From assembly GCA_013239625.1 (NCBI GenBank), contig MU056050.1, positions 2,652,084 through 2,716,083 on the forward strand: DNA of 64,000 nucleotides. The letters run 5' to 3'. Position numbers and translations under genes: made by a program. Every line of letters starts with the position of its first letter. The first letter of the stretch is position 1. Positions 1-14,583 of the stretch are shown one piece after another. Origin of the DNA: Lama guanicoe. Taxonomy: Eukaryota. The notes below the pieces were generated by a model. That model was not told the DNA's origin, made no database searches, and saw nothing but the letters and a program-made list of their open reading frames with translations.

Positions 1-119
1 TTCAAAACTGGTAATTCTGAACTGATTGAAATTAGCCGTTATTATGATAGCAAAATTTGGATTGCACTTTATATAGTTAGTTGATGAAAATTGTGTTCAT
101 GTTTTTGAAGCATAATTTA

Positions 120-330
120 GACAATAAAGCACTGAACTTTTAGTGTCAAAGGCCTGGAATTTGAATCATGGTTATACTACTTTCTCATTTTTATGACCAT
201 GGATATATCACTTAACTTTTTTTGTCCTTTCTCTCATCTGTCAAATGGGGCGAATGTCTCCCTCACAAGATTTTAAGAATAAAGTTAACCCAAGAGGAAA
301 ATGCCTAGCACACAGTAGTCACACAGATGT
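120..330 (+). mobile_element. MIR SINE fragment
   Basis: MIR core-like motifs (ctctcatctgtcaaatgggg; cctagcacacagtag). Confidence 0.6.
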
Positions 331-953
331 TAGTTGATTTTTTGTTGGTATATTACATATAAGCCATAGAGTCCTTGTGATACTGGGATACAGAAGTATA
401 AATTCCATCGGGCTGAAAATTGTTTTGCAGGTAGGGACCATATCTGATATACTTTTGTATCCATCCTCATTGCCTTGGATGTAAATGCTCAACAAATACT
501 AAGCTGAAATGCTATGAATTATTTCATTTAATGTGAGAATCTTGATAGAGGTAAAATTGCTCATCAGTGTACTGATGAGGCTGAGATTGAGTAAGTAGTG
601 AAGTAATACGCTTGTGCTCACACAGCTGGGGGTGCTGGTAGAACGGGGACTAGAACCCAAATTGTATGATTTTTAAATCCAGTCCTCTTTCCAGAAATAG
701 AACTCAGGTTTGTTCTTCTAACAGAGGTTCTGTAAAGTTCGGATAGAACAGATACATCTCAAGAAAAAAAAACACTAGCGTCCTTCAATTGTAACTGTGT
801 GCTTTGAGGAAATGTAGACTATCAACTGTTATTCTGTTTTATTCTAACTTACTTTTTATTTAGTTCTAATTAAATCATTGTATGTTCCATATAGCATGTG
901 AGCCTTAAGATTATTAAGAACAAGCGAAAAGAAAAAAAGCTATGGCAGTTTAG

Positions 954-1316
<363 letters not shown>

Positions 1317-1319
1317 TAA

Positions 1320-1530
1320 TAGCTTGCACAATGTGTCCAGTTTTGTGTAAATGTACTGTTTTAAGCATTTTACATACATAAATTCAGTTCTCACAACTCT
1401 CTAGGTACATCCTCATTTTTCAGATGAGATAACTAGTACAGGGAAGTAACTTACCTAAAGTCATACAGATAGTAAGTAGCAGAGCCAGGTAGTCTTAACT
1501 CTAGAGCAGCTGCTTTTTAGTCACTGCACT
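1320..1530 (-). mobile_element. MIR SINE
   Basis: cctcatttttcagatgag...aagtaacttacctaaagtcatacagatagtaagtagcagagccagg. Confidence 0.7.
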
Positions 1531-1844
1531 ATACTGTATGCATTGGGATATGGACTCAGTATTTTAGAGCTAATCATTACCTAAGAAATCAGATCATCTA
1601 GTTTAAGTGGAACAACAGATTCAGAGAGGTTCCAACTTTTGAATTTCTATGAAGAGGTCATTAATCATAAAGAACTTGATAGAATACAAATTGCTGTCTA
1701 TAATCTTTGAGATAAGAGTCATTGTGACACTTGAATCTCTTGGACTCTTAGTTCCCCAGAGTTGGTTCAGAATGGTTTGGGGACTTTTTCCCTCTCCTTA
1801 GGAAACTTTAAACAAATTAGCAAAGTTGCCAAAATTTGTTCCAG

Positions 1845-2320
1845 CTGTTACTCCTTAGTAATAAACTATCCCCCAAACTTAGGACATAGCAGGGACATGA
1901 TGTCTGGTAGCTTCAGTTCAGAAGACTCAGAGGCTGGTGACTGGAATCATATGGAGGCATCTACACTTACATTTCATGCTATCTCATTCTGGTTGTCACC
2001 TGGGACCTCAGCTGGATTTTCTACCAGAACACTTTACATGTGACCTTTCTACCAGAACACTTTACATGTGACCTTTCCATGTGGCTGTTTGGCTTCCTCA
2101 CAGCGTGCGACTAGGCTCCAAGAGCAGGTGTCTCAAGAGACAAGAAAGAACTCTGGAAGCTGTCATTTTCTTAAAGCCCAGAAACTGGATAGCATAATTT
2201 CCATCATATTCTATTGAGCAAGCTGTCACAGGACCCAGATGTAAGGGGATGGGACATAATTTCCCACTTGTTAATATGAGGAGTATCAAAGATTTGGGGG
2301 CCATATTTTTAAATTGCCAC
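1845..2320 (-). mobile_element. MaLR (MLT1-type) solo LTR
   Basis: Begins tgttactccttagtaataaactatcccccaaacttag. Internal tgacctttccatgtggct...ggcttcctcacagc. Ends ccatattttaaattgccaca. Confidence 0.65.
2021..2076. repeat. Perfect 28-bp tandem duplication
   Basis: ctaccagaacactttacatgtgaccttt occurs twice (2021-2048, 2049-2076). Confidence 0.95.
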
Positions 2321-3323
2321 ATAATTCTTCAACCATCATCGAATGTATAGTATTTAAATCTTGATTGTCCCATAGATGGATGGTTTTAGTATTTTTTGTC
2401 CAATAATATAAATGCATAAACTTACACAACCTTCTATTTAGACTTGATTGGTTATATAGCCCCAACATCCCACTCCGTGGAGGAATTTCCCTTACAGTAT
2501 CACTGACTGGTTAAAATAGCTAGGGCTATTTTATAGCTTTTTGATGGTTTATAGGTAGTTAAAATAAATTTTCCTTTTTTTAAATACAAAAGTTATCAAA
2601 TTAGAAGATGTGTTCATTGCATATCACTATAAATTTTAAAAAGTTTTTCTCATCTGAACCTCTAATTCCCCTGGGCTACAGAGTTAGCTTCCTAAGTGGC
2701 CTGTTTGCTCACCAGTCTTCATATTCTCAAGTACACTTCTCCATCCACATCATCCACTGTCACTAAAACACGTAACTCACCACATTGCTCCTGTCATCTT
2801 AGCACAGCTTATAAGATTTTCCATAAATTGACTCCTGCCTCTTTATTCAGCCTTTAGCCATTTACTCCAGGAGTACTAAACTCTTGAATCTGCACTATAT
2901 GAAATTAGCATTTTTGCAGGTCAAAAATTGCCGAATATTTCAGCAAATTAGTATGGTTCTATCATTGTTGTTTCATGCCTCAGTGCTTTGGTTTATGCTC
3001 TTCCCCCTGCCTAAGACTTCAGTCTCACACCTACTCTAGTCAGATGCGACTTCTGGGTAGGTGGCTCTGACCTCTCATGGCTCCCATTCTGCCTGGGCTT
3101 CCCTCTCTACCACTTAGCACTGTGTTGTAATTGCCTGGGTTCTCTTTTTCCACAAGCAGGCTATAAGGGCAGGGCCAGGACTGCACCTGTAGGAGGTGTG
3201 TAACCTGTGTATCTCCCTGCTCCAAGCACTAGTATGTGGAAAGCAACCAGATGTTTGACCTGAACAGGTCGTATGATACTTCTTGGTTAGTCAAAATTAG
3301 TGGCTGAACTTTGTTGCTCTTAA

Positions 3324-3527
<204 letters not shown>

Positions 3528-3614
3528 TAAGTACATCTGATCATTTTCTGTACTATAACTTTATTAATTACATAGAAAAAAGTTAAGTTAAAAGAAGAAT
3601 AAAATTCTCCTTGA

Positions 3615-3728
<114 letters not shown>

Positions 3729-4019
3729 TAAGTGAGAGTGCCTTATTGTCTGAGTCTAGGAAGTTCACTAATTCATTTTAACATACTTTAATGTGTGCCT
3801 TATCTAAACATTTCAGCAAACTCTCTAAAGTAACTAAGCTGAAATAATCAAGGAACCAACAATTGGTCTTTCCAACAGAAAAAAAACTTTTAAAGTTAAA
3901 TATTAACGAGTTAGTTAAAGGACCAATCTTAGCTTGATCTGTTGGAAAAGTTTAAGTATGAATCCTTGTTTATTTTGGTACACAGACCTATAGCTAAAAA
4001 TCCAGTTTTGTTATATCTT

Positions 4020-4800
4020 AATTTATTCCCTACCTTAGTTCAGGCCCTCATCTCTCACCTGAACTATTATTTTAGCTTTCTAACTTGTTTTCTTCCCTCA
4101 GATCTCCCATTTATCCTCTCACCAAACCCCTCCCCTCACTCCCTCCACCACCACTCCATTATTCACACTCTCATCAAGAATTGCTATTCTAGAATAAAAA
4201 TCTCATCATGTAACTCTTTTCCTTAAAAACTTTCCATGGCTCCCCATTACCTGCAGGATACAGTTCAAACTCCTTAGCTCATGGCATGCAAGATCTTTCT
4301 AAATATGGCCCCTGCCTACATTTTAGTATCGTATCCTATTCCCTGGCAACTGGTAAAATCATCGTAAAAGAACAAGCTCAGGTGTCACCTTACATGAAGT
4401 TGCGGTGTCATCTATGCTCCCATAACACTATGTATATTTCTATTTTTTATAGCACTTATCACATTGTATTGTAATTTGTTTATGAATTTGTCCCTTTCTG
4501 TAGACTGTGAGCTCCTTAAGGGCAGGGACCTCTTTTTTTCTTTTTTAAAAATTAAGGTATAGTTGATGTGCAATATTATGTAAGTTACAGGTGTACATTA
4601 TAGTGATTCACAATTTTTAAGGTTATACTCCATTTATAGTTAGTATAAAATATTGACATATTCCCTGTGTTGTACAGTATATCCTTATAGCTTATTTTAT
4701 ACCTAATAGTTTGTAACTCTTAATAGGGACCACTTTCATTTCCTGTTAGCGCTTGGCACATAAAAATGTGCTAAGTAAATGTTCATTGAATGAATAAATG
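4020..4800 (+). mobile_element. L2 3' fragment interrupted by an L1 3' tail (- strand, ~4532-4723)
   Basis: L2 motifs (tagactgtgagctccttaagggcagggacc; aaatgttcattgaatgaataaatg). The inserted L1 tail is flanked by an agggacc duplication. Confidence 0.65.
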
Positions 4801-6519
4801 TCCAATGTTTAAAAACTTTGTAGTTTAACTTTCAAATACTTTGTTTTTACTGGAATCTGTATGAGAGTTTTATAAATCTTTATTAGCTTCGGCTCCAAAA
4901 GAAATGGCATACAAGCAGTTTTTAGATGGTTGATACAGAGGGGGAAGATCTGATGACTCTGATTATTTAAGTTTTTGAGTTTGAAAGCTTTGTATTTGTA
5001 ACATAATGTGGTATGTGTTTTAATGCTGGGAGATAGTAATTGTTACCTTTTTAAAATTTATTTTTTGTTTCATTTTGTGTTTTTAAATGATGAGAATTCA
5101 CCTGTTTTTCTTAAGAAATGATCATTTATCATGTGAGTGGTAGTCTATTTGAATTCACTTTAGTTATCTAGAGTGGTCTTAAGAACCTCTATAGACAGAG
5201 TATACTTTATCACACATAGAGATTCTTGTAACCTGCTACCTTGCTGAATTCTTCAATTATTTCTAGTAGTTTTTGTGTGGAACACATAGAGATTCTGATC
5301 CCAGTATGTCTAATATGTTCATCCTCTATACTATCCCTTGGTTCTGTCCCCTTTTCTGTTTTGTATGGCCACATTCCTTTTCATATATGTTCTTACTACT
5401 TGTTGAATCCAGCATGAAATTTCTTAGCTTCCAACCAGTCACCAGTCCAAACACTTCAGAATTCTGCCATGCAGTCATTTGGTCCATGTCTCCCCTGAGA
5501 GCTTTCCACGAGTGCCCACGATCTTCCACAGCGTCTCATTACTCAGTACCATTTATCATTATTCTTTTGTTTGTAGATTAATTGATTGATTGATTAAAAT
5601 TTTTTTCTTCCAGTTTTGTGGAGGTATAATTGACATACAGGACTGTATAAGTTTAAGGTGTACAGCATAATGATTTGGCTTATATAACATCATGAAATGA
5701 CTATTGTAATAAATTTAGTGAACATCTATCATCTTATATAGATACAGTGTTTGTAGTTAGTTTTAATTCTTCTTAGAGAGCTTCCCAAGGTGACTAAGAA
5801 ATTATCCTAGTTAAATAATTATTACCAGAAGATTCTTTTGGTTGTTGTACCACAAGTGGTCTATTGCTTGAGACTTTAAAATATTTTAACAATAATTTTT
5901 CTATAATAGTACCTGCCCTATACCTGAAAATACTTCCAAATTATCTTTTTAAAATTGCTTATATCATATATCTTTGTTATACTCCAAGTGAAGTTCAGAA
6001 TGGATTTCTAGTTTTCTATGACATATGGCCACCAAAAGCACACATATTACCTTCACAGTTGCCTCTACCAAATACAATAAAATAGTCATTTACTATCCAG
6101 AACTCTTAGGAAATAGGAACCATTGTCAAAATATTTGTCTGGATAGCCTGGATTAGACATCATGTCATGCTGTCTTTATCTTTTAAGACTCGGCATAGAA
6201 TTGTGTAAATTGTAAGCAAGTATTTAGTAAATAATTGATTTTGGGGTGGAATCTTTAGAATGAGAAAAGAAGGAAATGCTGGCCAGACTGGGGAACAATA
6301 AGTCACCCTCAGTTTCACTCCTTTATGCTGATCTGGGCCAACTGTGAACTTGGAAATTTGAGTTTGTTCCCTATAATTATGTGATAACAAACAGAATTTT
6401 TGGTCTTAATTTTTATTTTACTTTTTCTCTATGTATCTTAGTTTTGAGTTTCATAGGACACAGAATGCAGCTTTCAGCATAAATGTTGCTCATTTCTTCC
6501 CAAAGCAGAATTAATCTCT

Positions 6520-6770
6520 TCTTTCAGTATAACTTTATAGCACTTGATGCATATTTCTCTTGCAGTATTCATCACACTTTGTCATAATCAATTATCTCTG
6601 TTTCTCATAGTAGACTGTGAGCTCCTTGAGGGCAGGAACCATATCTTATTCATTCTTTTATTTTGCATCCATAGGACACAGTAGAAGCCTGGCACATAGT
6701 AGGCACTGTGTGAATGACTGACTGAGTGCTTAGTACAGTTTAGGTACTGAGTGAATGAGTGAGTGATGGG
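6520..6770 (+). mobile_element. L2 3' end
   Basis: tagactgtgagctccttgagggcaggaacc...cctggcacatagtaggcact...gaatga. Confidence 0.75.
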
Positions 6771-7067
6771 TAAAATTAACATTACATGTTAATGAAAATA
6801 TGTATTCTGAAAATGTCATTTCTTTGGTCTCTGTTTTATATTTGTTTATTAATTTGTACCCTGCCTACTTTCAAAAAGGATTTGAGGTATCTTGTCTGTT
6901 CCCATGTGGGAAATTCTCATTGAACTTTTTATATGGGATATCAGAACTATCAAGCTAAATGTATTGAAGTAATAGAATAAACATAACTCCTTAGCATTTT
7001 TAGACAAGTGAACATTGGGGTTTTGACATCATTGATGACATGATCAGTGCCTAATCATTTTCCCTGA

Positions 7068-7376
<309 letters not shown>

Positions 7377-8110
7377 TAGAGTAGAGAAATACTTGGCATG
7401 AAAAGTAAGCTTTGCAAAATTACTTAATAAAATAGTTGCCAGGAGTTTAGATATATGAGAAGGGATTGAGGAATAGGATGAGGTTGGTGAGGGTGTTAGA
7501 TCCTAGCTTAAGATGATAAACTTTCAGGTTAATTTAGGAATATTAGATTTAAAGGATATATTTTACTTAATAGTTTCCTAAGTATAATAACACCTTATAA
7601 TTTTCCATTTATTTACCATTATCAAAGCAATACATTATTAACATTTACTCTGTTATTGAGACCTATTTCCATATCAGATAAGAAAGTAAAATTACTTACA
7701 CTTGGAATAATATATAAGGGTATATTCTTTTAATAATTACAACATATATACAATTAGGGCTGCGTCGTATGGAAAATGCTTCTACATATTTCATTTTGCC
7801 CCACAGCTCATTCACCTTTATGAGGTAGGTTGAAAGGACTGAGGATATTGAAGCTTAGACAGCCTATCCAAGGAGACAAAACTAAAACTAGTAAGCAATG
7901 AAGCTGAGACTTATAATAAGCCAGTCTTCTGAGTCTATTTCTCAGTAAACCTTGGTGTAATATCCTTAAAGGGAAGAAATAAGTAAATATAGCTTCTCTT
8001 CAAAATAGTGTAATTTGGTGTCTTTAAAGGAAAGTGAGTTGAGAGAGACAGTTTTGAAGTAAACAAAAAATTGGTTTTCCAGTTTTCATCTTTAAGAATA
8101 ATTTTCCATA

Positions 8111-8238
8111 CCTTATAACAGCATATAATGAAAAAGAATATGACAAGGTATATATATATATATATATGTATAATTGAATCTCTCTGCTGTACACCAGAAA
8201 TTAACACATTGTAAACTGACTATACTTAAATAAAAAAA
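8111..8238 (+). mobile_element. 5'-truncated lineage L1 3' tail
   Basis: gaatctctctgctgtacaccagaaattaacacattgtaaactgactatacttaaataaaaaa, with degenerate TSD aagaataattttccat / aggagtaattttctat. Confidence 0.75.
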
Positions 8239-8435
8239 GGAGTAATTTTCTATGAATGAATTGCTTTTGTATTTTAAAACATTCTGTAATTTGAGTATAC
8301 AGTATTTAAAGTATTATACAATTGGAATTCCATAGGCCATGTGAACACTTAAGGATAATTAATTTCAATATTTTCAATTACTATATGGCTTATAGATATG
8401 GCAATTGTCAACTTCCTTCCTTTTCTTCCCCTTAG

Positions 8436-8525
<90 letters not shown>

Positions 8526-9289
8526 TAAATATGCCTCAAGATCACAAAATCAAAAGTAATAGGCAATCCCAAAGTTTGAGGTTGAGGAGCTGGGACAATA
8601 CATTGAGAATGGATGAAAACAACTGGACAGGAGATAAAGAGGCTGGCAGGAGGCATTTTGAGGGGATGGTTGGGGAGGACTTATGCAGTGGTGGGAACAG
8701 ATTCAAAGTGCCTTTGAATGCCTGGCCAGCTGGGACTCGAGTGTTATGTTAAGGAATTTGGACTTTTCCCATAGGCTTGAGTTACCTATGGAAGGATTTT
8801 GAATGAGGGAATGGCACATTCAGAAAGATTTCCTTGGACAGGATGAATGAGAGGAATAATAATCATTATAGTCGTAATCATAATATGAAGGGATGGTGAA
8901 AAATAGCACTTGAACAAAGGCTTTGGTAATAAAGAGAAGGGGATTGAGGTTATTGTTAGGTATTGTCAGTTCTATTTGTTGTATCAGTCCCTGTTGCCAT
9001 ATTCTTCCGAGAATGCCCTGGTTCAAATCTTGTAGTTCATCTCAAGACACCAAGCTCTTTCATGACTTTGTATAACCTTTCCTCTCTGTCAGAATTGTCC
9101 CTTTCCTTTTCCTCTTAGTGAATTCTTCCCTTAATTGTTGGTTCTGACATGACCTGTGGAGTTTTTCCTAATCTTTTTAGATAGATAACTTTATTCTCAG
9201 CTCCCATAACACTTTGTATACACTTCTGTTTTGTTAATTACAAGTTTGGTGTAGTGAAGTAGGATATTACATTTCGCTCAATAGACTGA

Positions 9290-9390
9290 ACTCTAATGTA
9301 CATACGAATCATCTGGAGATCTTATTAAAATACAGATTCTGCTTCAATAGGTCTGAAGTGTGACCTGACATTCTGCATCTCTAACAAGAC
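9290..9390. mobile_element. MER5A-like hAT-Charlie DNA transposon fragment
   Basis: gaatcatctggagatcttattaaaatacagattct...ttctgcatctctaacaag. Confidence 0.65.
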
Positions 9391-12300
9391 CATAATTTGA
9401 GTAGCGTAGGTGACCTAGGCCTACCCATAAGTCTATAGTTTAAGTGCATATTGAAATATATGGTTTCCCTAATAATCTAGGAGTATGTATCTTCCGATTT
9501 GTTTAATAAAACATGAAGGTAGTGATTGTGATGAGGAATAAAAGACAATCTTTTCAAGCAGATATGATGAAATGCATTAACGTAACAATTTATTGTGTTG
9601 GAAGTTGGTGCCAAAATGAGTAAGATGCCCTACCCTGCTCTCAAGGGGCTCGTGTTCTAGTCCCCCTGGACTATCACTTTGAAGTGAAAAGCATTTGAAA
9701 GCTCATGTGCCTGATAACTATGCTAGGCATGATTTAGTTTGATCTCAGCAACCTTGTTAAGATAGGTGGTGGGATCCCACTTTTAGATCCAAGCAAACTT
9801 AGACTGAAAAGGTGGTGGTTCGGTGACTTACTCAGAGTTATACAACTTTAGTGTCACAGTAGTAATTTGATCTGAGTTCCTTTTAATTTTAAAATCTCAT
9901 GCTGCCTCTACTATGTACTTCTCAGAACTAAAATCGGACCTTATTTGGAAGAAATATCAAGAAAAGTAATAGAAATTGAAATGATATCTGAAGTCAAAAT
10001 TGATATGGGCAGTTAGAGATCTCCTTATTTTTTTCATGTATCCATCCGAAGTCAGGAAAACTATAGGCATTCATTACCTTAGTTAACTTAGTAGATTTGC
10101 AAACAGGTGCTCTTCACTTCAGTTTACCAAAATAAGTGGAACAGCAATGTGAATGTATATATATTTTTGACATTTGACATTTAGAGAAAACTATAATATG
10201 AGTGAGGCCAAAGTTAGGGACCTAATAATTATTTGTTATTTATAGAAAATGTTGGCATTCTTGTGCGTATTGAATATGTTATAACTAAGAAGATAGTAGT
10301 TTAGATGCTTGTACTAAAATTAGGGAAATGAGCACTTGTGTCAGTACCTGTAGTTTTATAGTATTACCACATGATGGCAGCAGTCACATAACTGCGTGCC
10401 CAATATCTTTAAAAGTTCAGGTATCTTTGACCATATATATATTTAAGTTAATACTAGCTTATTTTAAAACATACATTAAATTTTACCTCATTATCTCAAC
10501 AATAACTTAAATGGAATAACAAATTTTTAATGTAAAAATCTGCATTTGCCTTTGTACAATAGCTTACATGTGTTTTCACTCAAGCCTGTGATAAGCGAGT
10601 GATCAAAATAATAGTAAAATTGGGACTTTAAATCTTTTATACCCAGTTCTAAGATTCTCTAATTCTAAGTGAAGTAACCCAAAGCATCCTAGTATAATAG
10701 ATACTTTAGGTTATTACTAAATCCTAAATATAATCTTGGTAACATGATATCCACATGCTCCAGAAGTGGTAATATGAAAACTCTGAGCAGATAACTTTTG
10801 GTGGCATAAACACAAGATTCTAGATTTATCATTTAATTAGTTTCATATTTGGGCACAGTGTCAACAGTGGTTTATCGCATTGTGCCAATGGTTGCTTTCT
10901 GCTAATAGTGGCCAAGTAGTGCCTCAACACCAAAGCTTGCTATTGGTACTTTTAAAGTATATGCTTAGATGTTAATTAATGTTAACACCAGAAATAGGTG
11001 TAGCTTATGTTAGCACAAGAGAGTATCACTAATGTCATTCTTCTGTGTTGAGATTCTCTTACTAGAATTATCTGTAGTATAAAATTGGCGAAAGAAGGGT
11101 TCAGTATAATGGAGTTAATTTAATGTTCTAGTAGAAAAATCTTGATTACAACCTAGTCTGTACAAGCACCGGAGGAAAAATCAACCTGTTCAGGCCATTT
11201 CTAGGTAGGCACTTGGTTTGGAAACAACTTGAGTTCATCTTCATGCCACACTCTACACTAAAATTACTAATTAAGATTTTATCCTTTCATTCATCATTAA
11301 ATTTTCCTTTACCCAGAGTCACAGAGTGTTATGGTTAGAACGGATCTTTAAATATCACTTACCACTCAGGCCTCTTTGGTGGAAACATTCTAACCACCCA
11401 AACTCTTGACTCTTAACAAAAAAAGAACCCTGAACCTTATTGGAGGGGTAGAGAGGGGGCAGGGGGTGAGTAGTGATGGTGGTTTTGGTGGATGACAGGT
11501 AAGAAATGGGGTACACATTAATTCTCTATAGTCCTCATTACTGGGGATTCCACTTTTCTTAATAATTACTACAAGAAGGCTGCAATCAGATAGATATTTG
11601 TTTCCTGGTCCAAAAATACACAGTTCCTTCAGATCAAAATAATCTGTGAATTCCATGACTTTTGTTAAAGTGAGATTTAATTTATAAGTAAGAGCCCTTT
11701 GTAACCTCAGTCTTAGTTCATTACCTCTGGCTTTAATACCACTTTTTTAAAATTAGCTCATTATATATAATGTATATGTAATTGTCATAGTAAGTGTTGG
11801 AATTTGAATTGAAGAGCCTATCTTTTAGAATATACAACTAAAAGTTATGTCTTATCTCTGTTTAATGAACAAGAGGGCATTGCTCCATTCACTACCTGCT
11901 TTTACTTTTATAAGTTAGTGACAATTACTAGATTTTACCTAACATTCTTTCCCCAAATGGAATGTAATGAAAAACATCAATACAAGTTTGTGTGCTCAAA
12001 TTTTACCTTAATTATTAAATTTCTTAAAATTTGTACTTCTTTTCATTCACTCCATGCCAGATTTTTTATTTTCTACAAACTTATTCTTGGATGTTTTTGG
12101 TCTGCATATTCAAATACCTTTTTAAAAACTATACCCACTTCACAGTGCAAATGACCAAGTTTGCCAGACATTCTTAACAAATCTGTGCCAGAAGTATATG
12201 TCAAGAACCACATTCATTTGTTCATTCAACAAATGTTGCATGCCTATGTTCAGGGCACTAGTTAGGTATTAGGGGTGTGTATAAAACATAAATGAGACAT

Positions 12301-12530
12301 GGTCTCTGCTTTTAGTTGTATTTGTGAGGTAAGTAGCACATTGTGATTAGGCCTGATGTTATTTCATTATATGTTAATTGTCATTATAATTTTAGAATTA
12401 TGTATCTGAAGAGGGGAATTTTTTAAAGTGGTTTTTAGCATGTTATTAAACTTACCAAGTGTTGTGTAATATATTTTACAAAGAAGTGAATGACCATTTT
12501 AACGAGATTTTTTTCCCTCTCTCTCATTAG

Positions 12531-12554
12531 GTTCTTGGGGTGTCAATGTTTTAA
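12531..12554 (+). CDS. STAG2: STAG2 last exon, coding part (VLGVSMF*)
   Basis: ttttccctctctctcattag acceptor, then GTT CTT GGG GTG TCA ATG TTT TAA, the SA2 C-terminus. Confidence 0.96.
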   Translation, partial: VLGVSMF

Positions 12555-14430
12555 TACCAGTACACGATTAAATCTGTGGTGAAGTCATTTTCTAAGTGGA
12601 AGAGGAAATTTTAAAATAAAGTGTGGTAGAAACAGTGAAATTCTGTACAGATTTTTCTCTAAGGAGAATATGACTTGCTTATGCTTACCAAGATCAAGTG
12701 CATTGAGGGGCAGTTTTGTTTGCCTGAAAAAAGTAAAGGACAAGTAAACAATTTGATGATAAGCTACAGTTTTTCTTAGAAAGTAAATATTTTATTTATG
12801 CGCTGTTAGTTGGCTTTTGAATCAATTATTTCATGCTTTTTTTAAAGAAAATATAACAATCTGAAGAGGCATTTGGTACAGACATGAATCCTCTCACATT
12901 TATTTACTGGGTGTACTAAGTAATGATGACCTCTGCTGGATTTCTGTTTACATCCAAGAAACAAAGTTAAGGATGAATTTATTCCCCTACCCTGAAATCA
13001 TAGAATTGTTTTTAGCATTCTAAATTTAAATGCTTAAAACATCAATCAACAAAAGCTTTCTTTTAAATATTGTAATTGTGGAGAAAAGTAAACTTATAAG
13101 CAGAACTTTTACAATTTTTTCATCTAAAATGTATTTTAAGATATTTTTAAAATCCAAGAGCTTCTCTATACTTTTCAGAAATACGCAGATGCAGTGAACT
13201 GCCAGAAGGTAACCAGTCTCAAACATGCTTATCCCGTTATCAACCCTGAAAGTTTGCTTGTCCTTTAAGATAAAAATGTAATGTTGTGATATTCCTTCCA
13301 GTAGTGCCACTGTATTTTGTCTCCAAATAAAAGAAGCTTATTGTAGTATGTTTGCAGAAAAATTCTAAACAAAAATTATACAGCTTATTAGAGTGTGGGA
13401 ATAGGGATCTAAATTTTAAATAAAATTATATATATATATAAATTGGTGCTGATTTTATAATTGCGCAGTTTGTTTAGTTTTTTCTTACTTTTAAATTCCA
13501 ACTTAAAATTATGAGGTTTCAGAAATATATTGAAAGTTTAACAATGTTTAAAAATAGAAAAGCATGAGTGTTCATGCTTTAAAATGATTTTTAAATTTGT
13601 ATTTTATATTGTTTTATCTATCTGTCTTTGCAAGCAGTCTTCAGGTTAAAGATACTTCTAACAGGTTACAGTACATTTCCTCTGTATGTAAATTAGATGG
13701 GATAATAGAATTCATAACCCATAATATTCTTTGAAAGCTAAGCTTTAAACTTCATTTTATGTCCTTTCACAAATAAATTAGTTTAAAACAGAAAGTGGCT
13801 ACTTGCCATTTTGACATCAACTCATTTTGCGAAGCTTAGGCAGCTAGACATCGTTTAAAACAAAATATTAACTTATATTACATGTGTATCTATCTTTTGT
13901 CAGTCGTCTCTCAGTTCTTGAGGTATATTATTTTAATCATTCCATGCCTTAATATGCTTGCAATACAAGAATATCTTCAGATGGGTGAATACCAAAAGGC
14001 TTCCAGTTCTTAAAGTCAGAAATCAAGCATTGGGCTGTGGTAGCCAAAAACCATAGGTTAGCTAAAAGATCATGAAAAAATACAATTATTTTATTAAATC
14101 ATGGTTAATAACAAATGGAATCAGACTTGTCTAAAAGATATTCCATCAACAAAAACTGTTATGTGCAAAAGTATTGCCTATGTTGTTTTTCACACCACTG
14201 CATTTACTAGAACTGCTGAGAGGACTGTATATATGATTTTAAACCTAAGTTGATTTTTTTGTTCTCACTCTTGAAAGGAGTACTTCTTTGTGAAAGCAGT
14301 TCTTACAGCTTTGTTTTCAACCAGCTAAAAATGTTTTATATATTACTCTAACCTGTTGTCCTCCACATTCTATTGTCCTAATTGTACTGTTTTCTGATTT
14401 GTATTTATGTCTTGAGACAGTAACTTTTTG

Positions 14431-14442
14431 AATAAAAATAAA
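14431..14442 (+). terminator. STAG2: Tandem polyadenylation signals AATAAA-AATAAA
   Basis: Upstream TGTA elements and a downstream GU/U-rich tract (atgttgtatgttttatatttt). Confidence 0.75.
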
Positions 14443-14577
14443 CCTACAGTATGTTGTATGTTTTATATTTTTGTAATTGAGGGAGGAGGGTGGTTACAAA
14501 TGCTTTAGAAAGTATACCTATTATTACATCTTTTTGGGTGGGAATAATTTATAGAAAATTTGCCATTTTATATTTTT

Positions 14578-14583
14578 AATAAA
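14578..14583 (+). terminator. STAG2: Distal polyadenylation signal AATAAA
   Basis: AATAAA followed by gtgtgtattttt, near the end of the repeat-free UTR. Confidence 0.55.
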
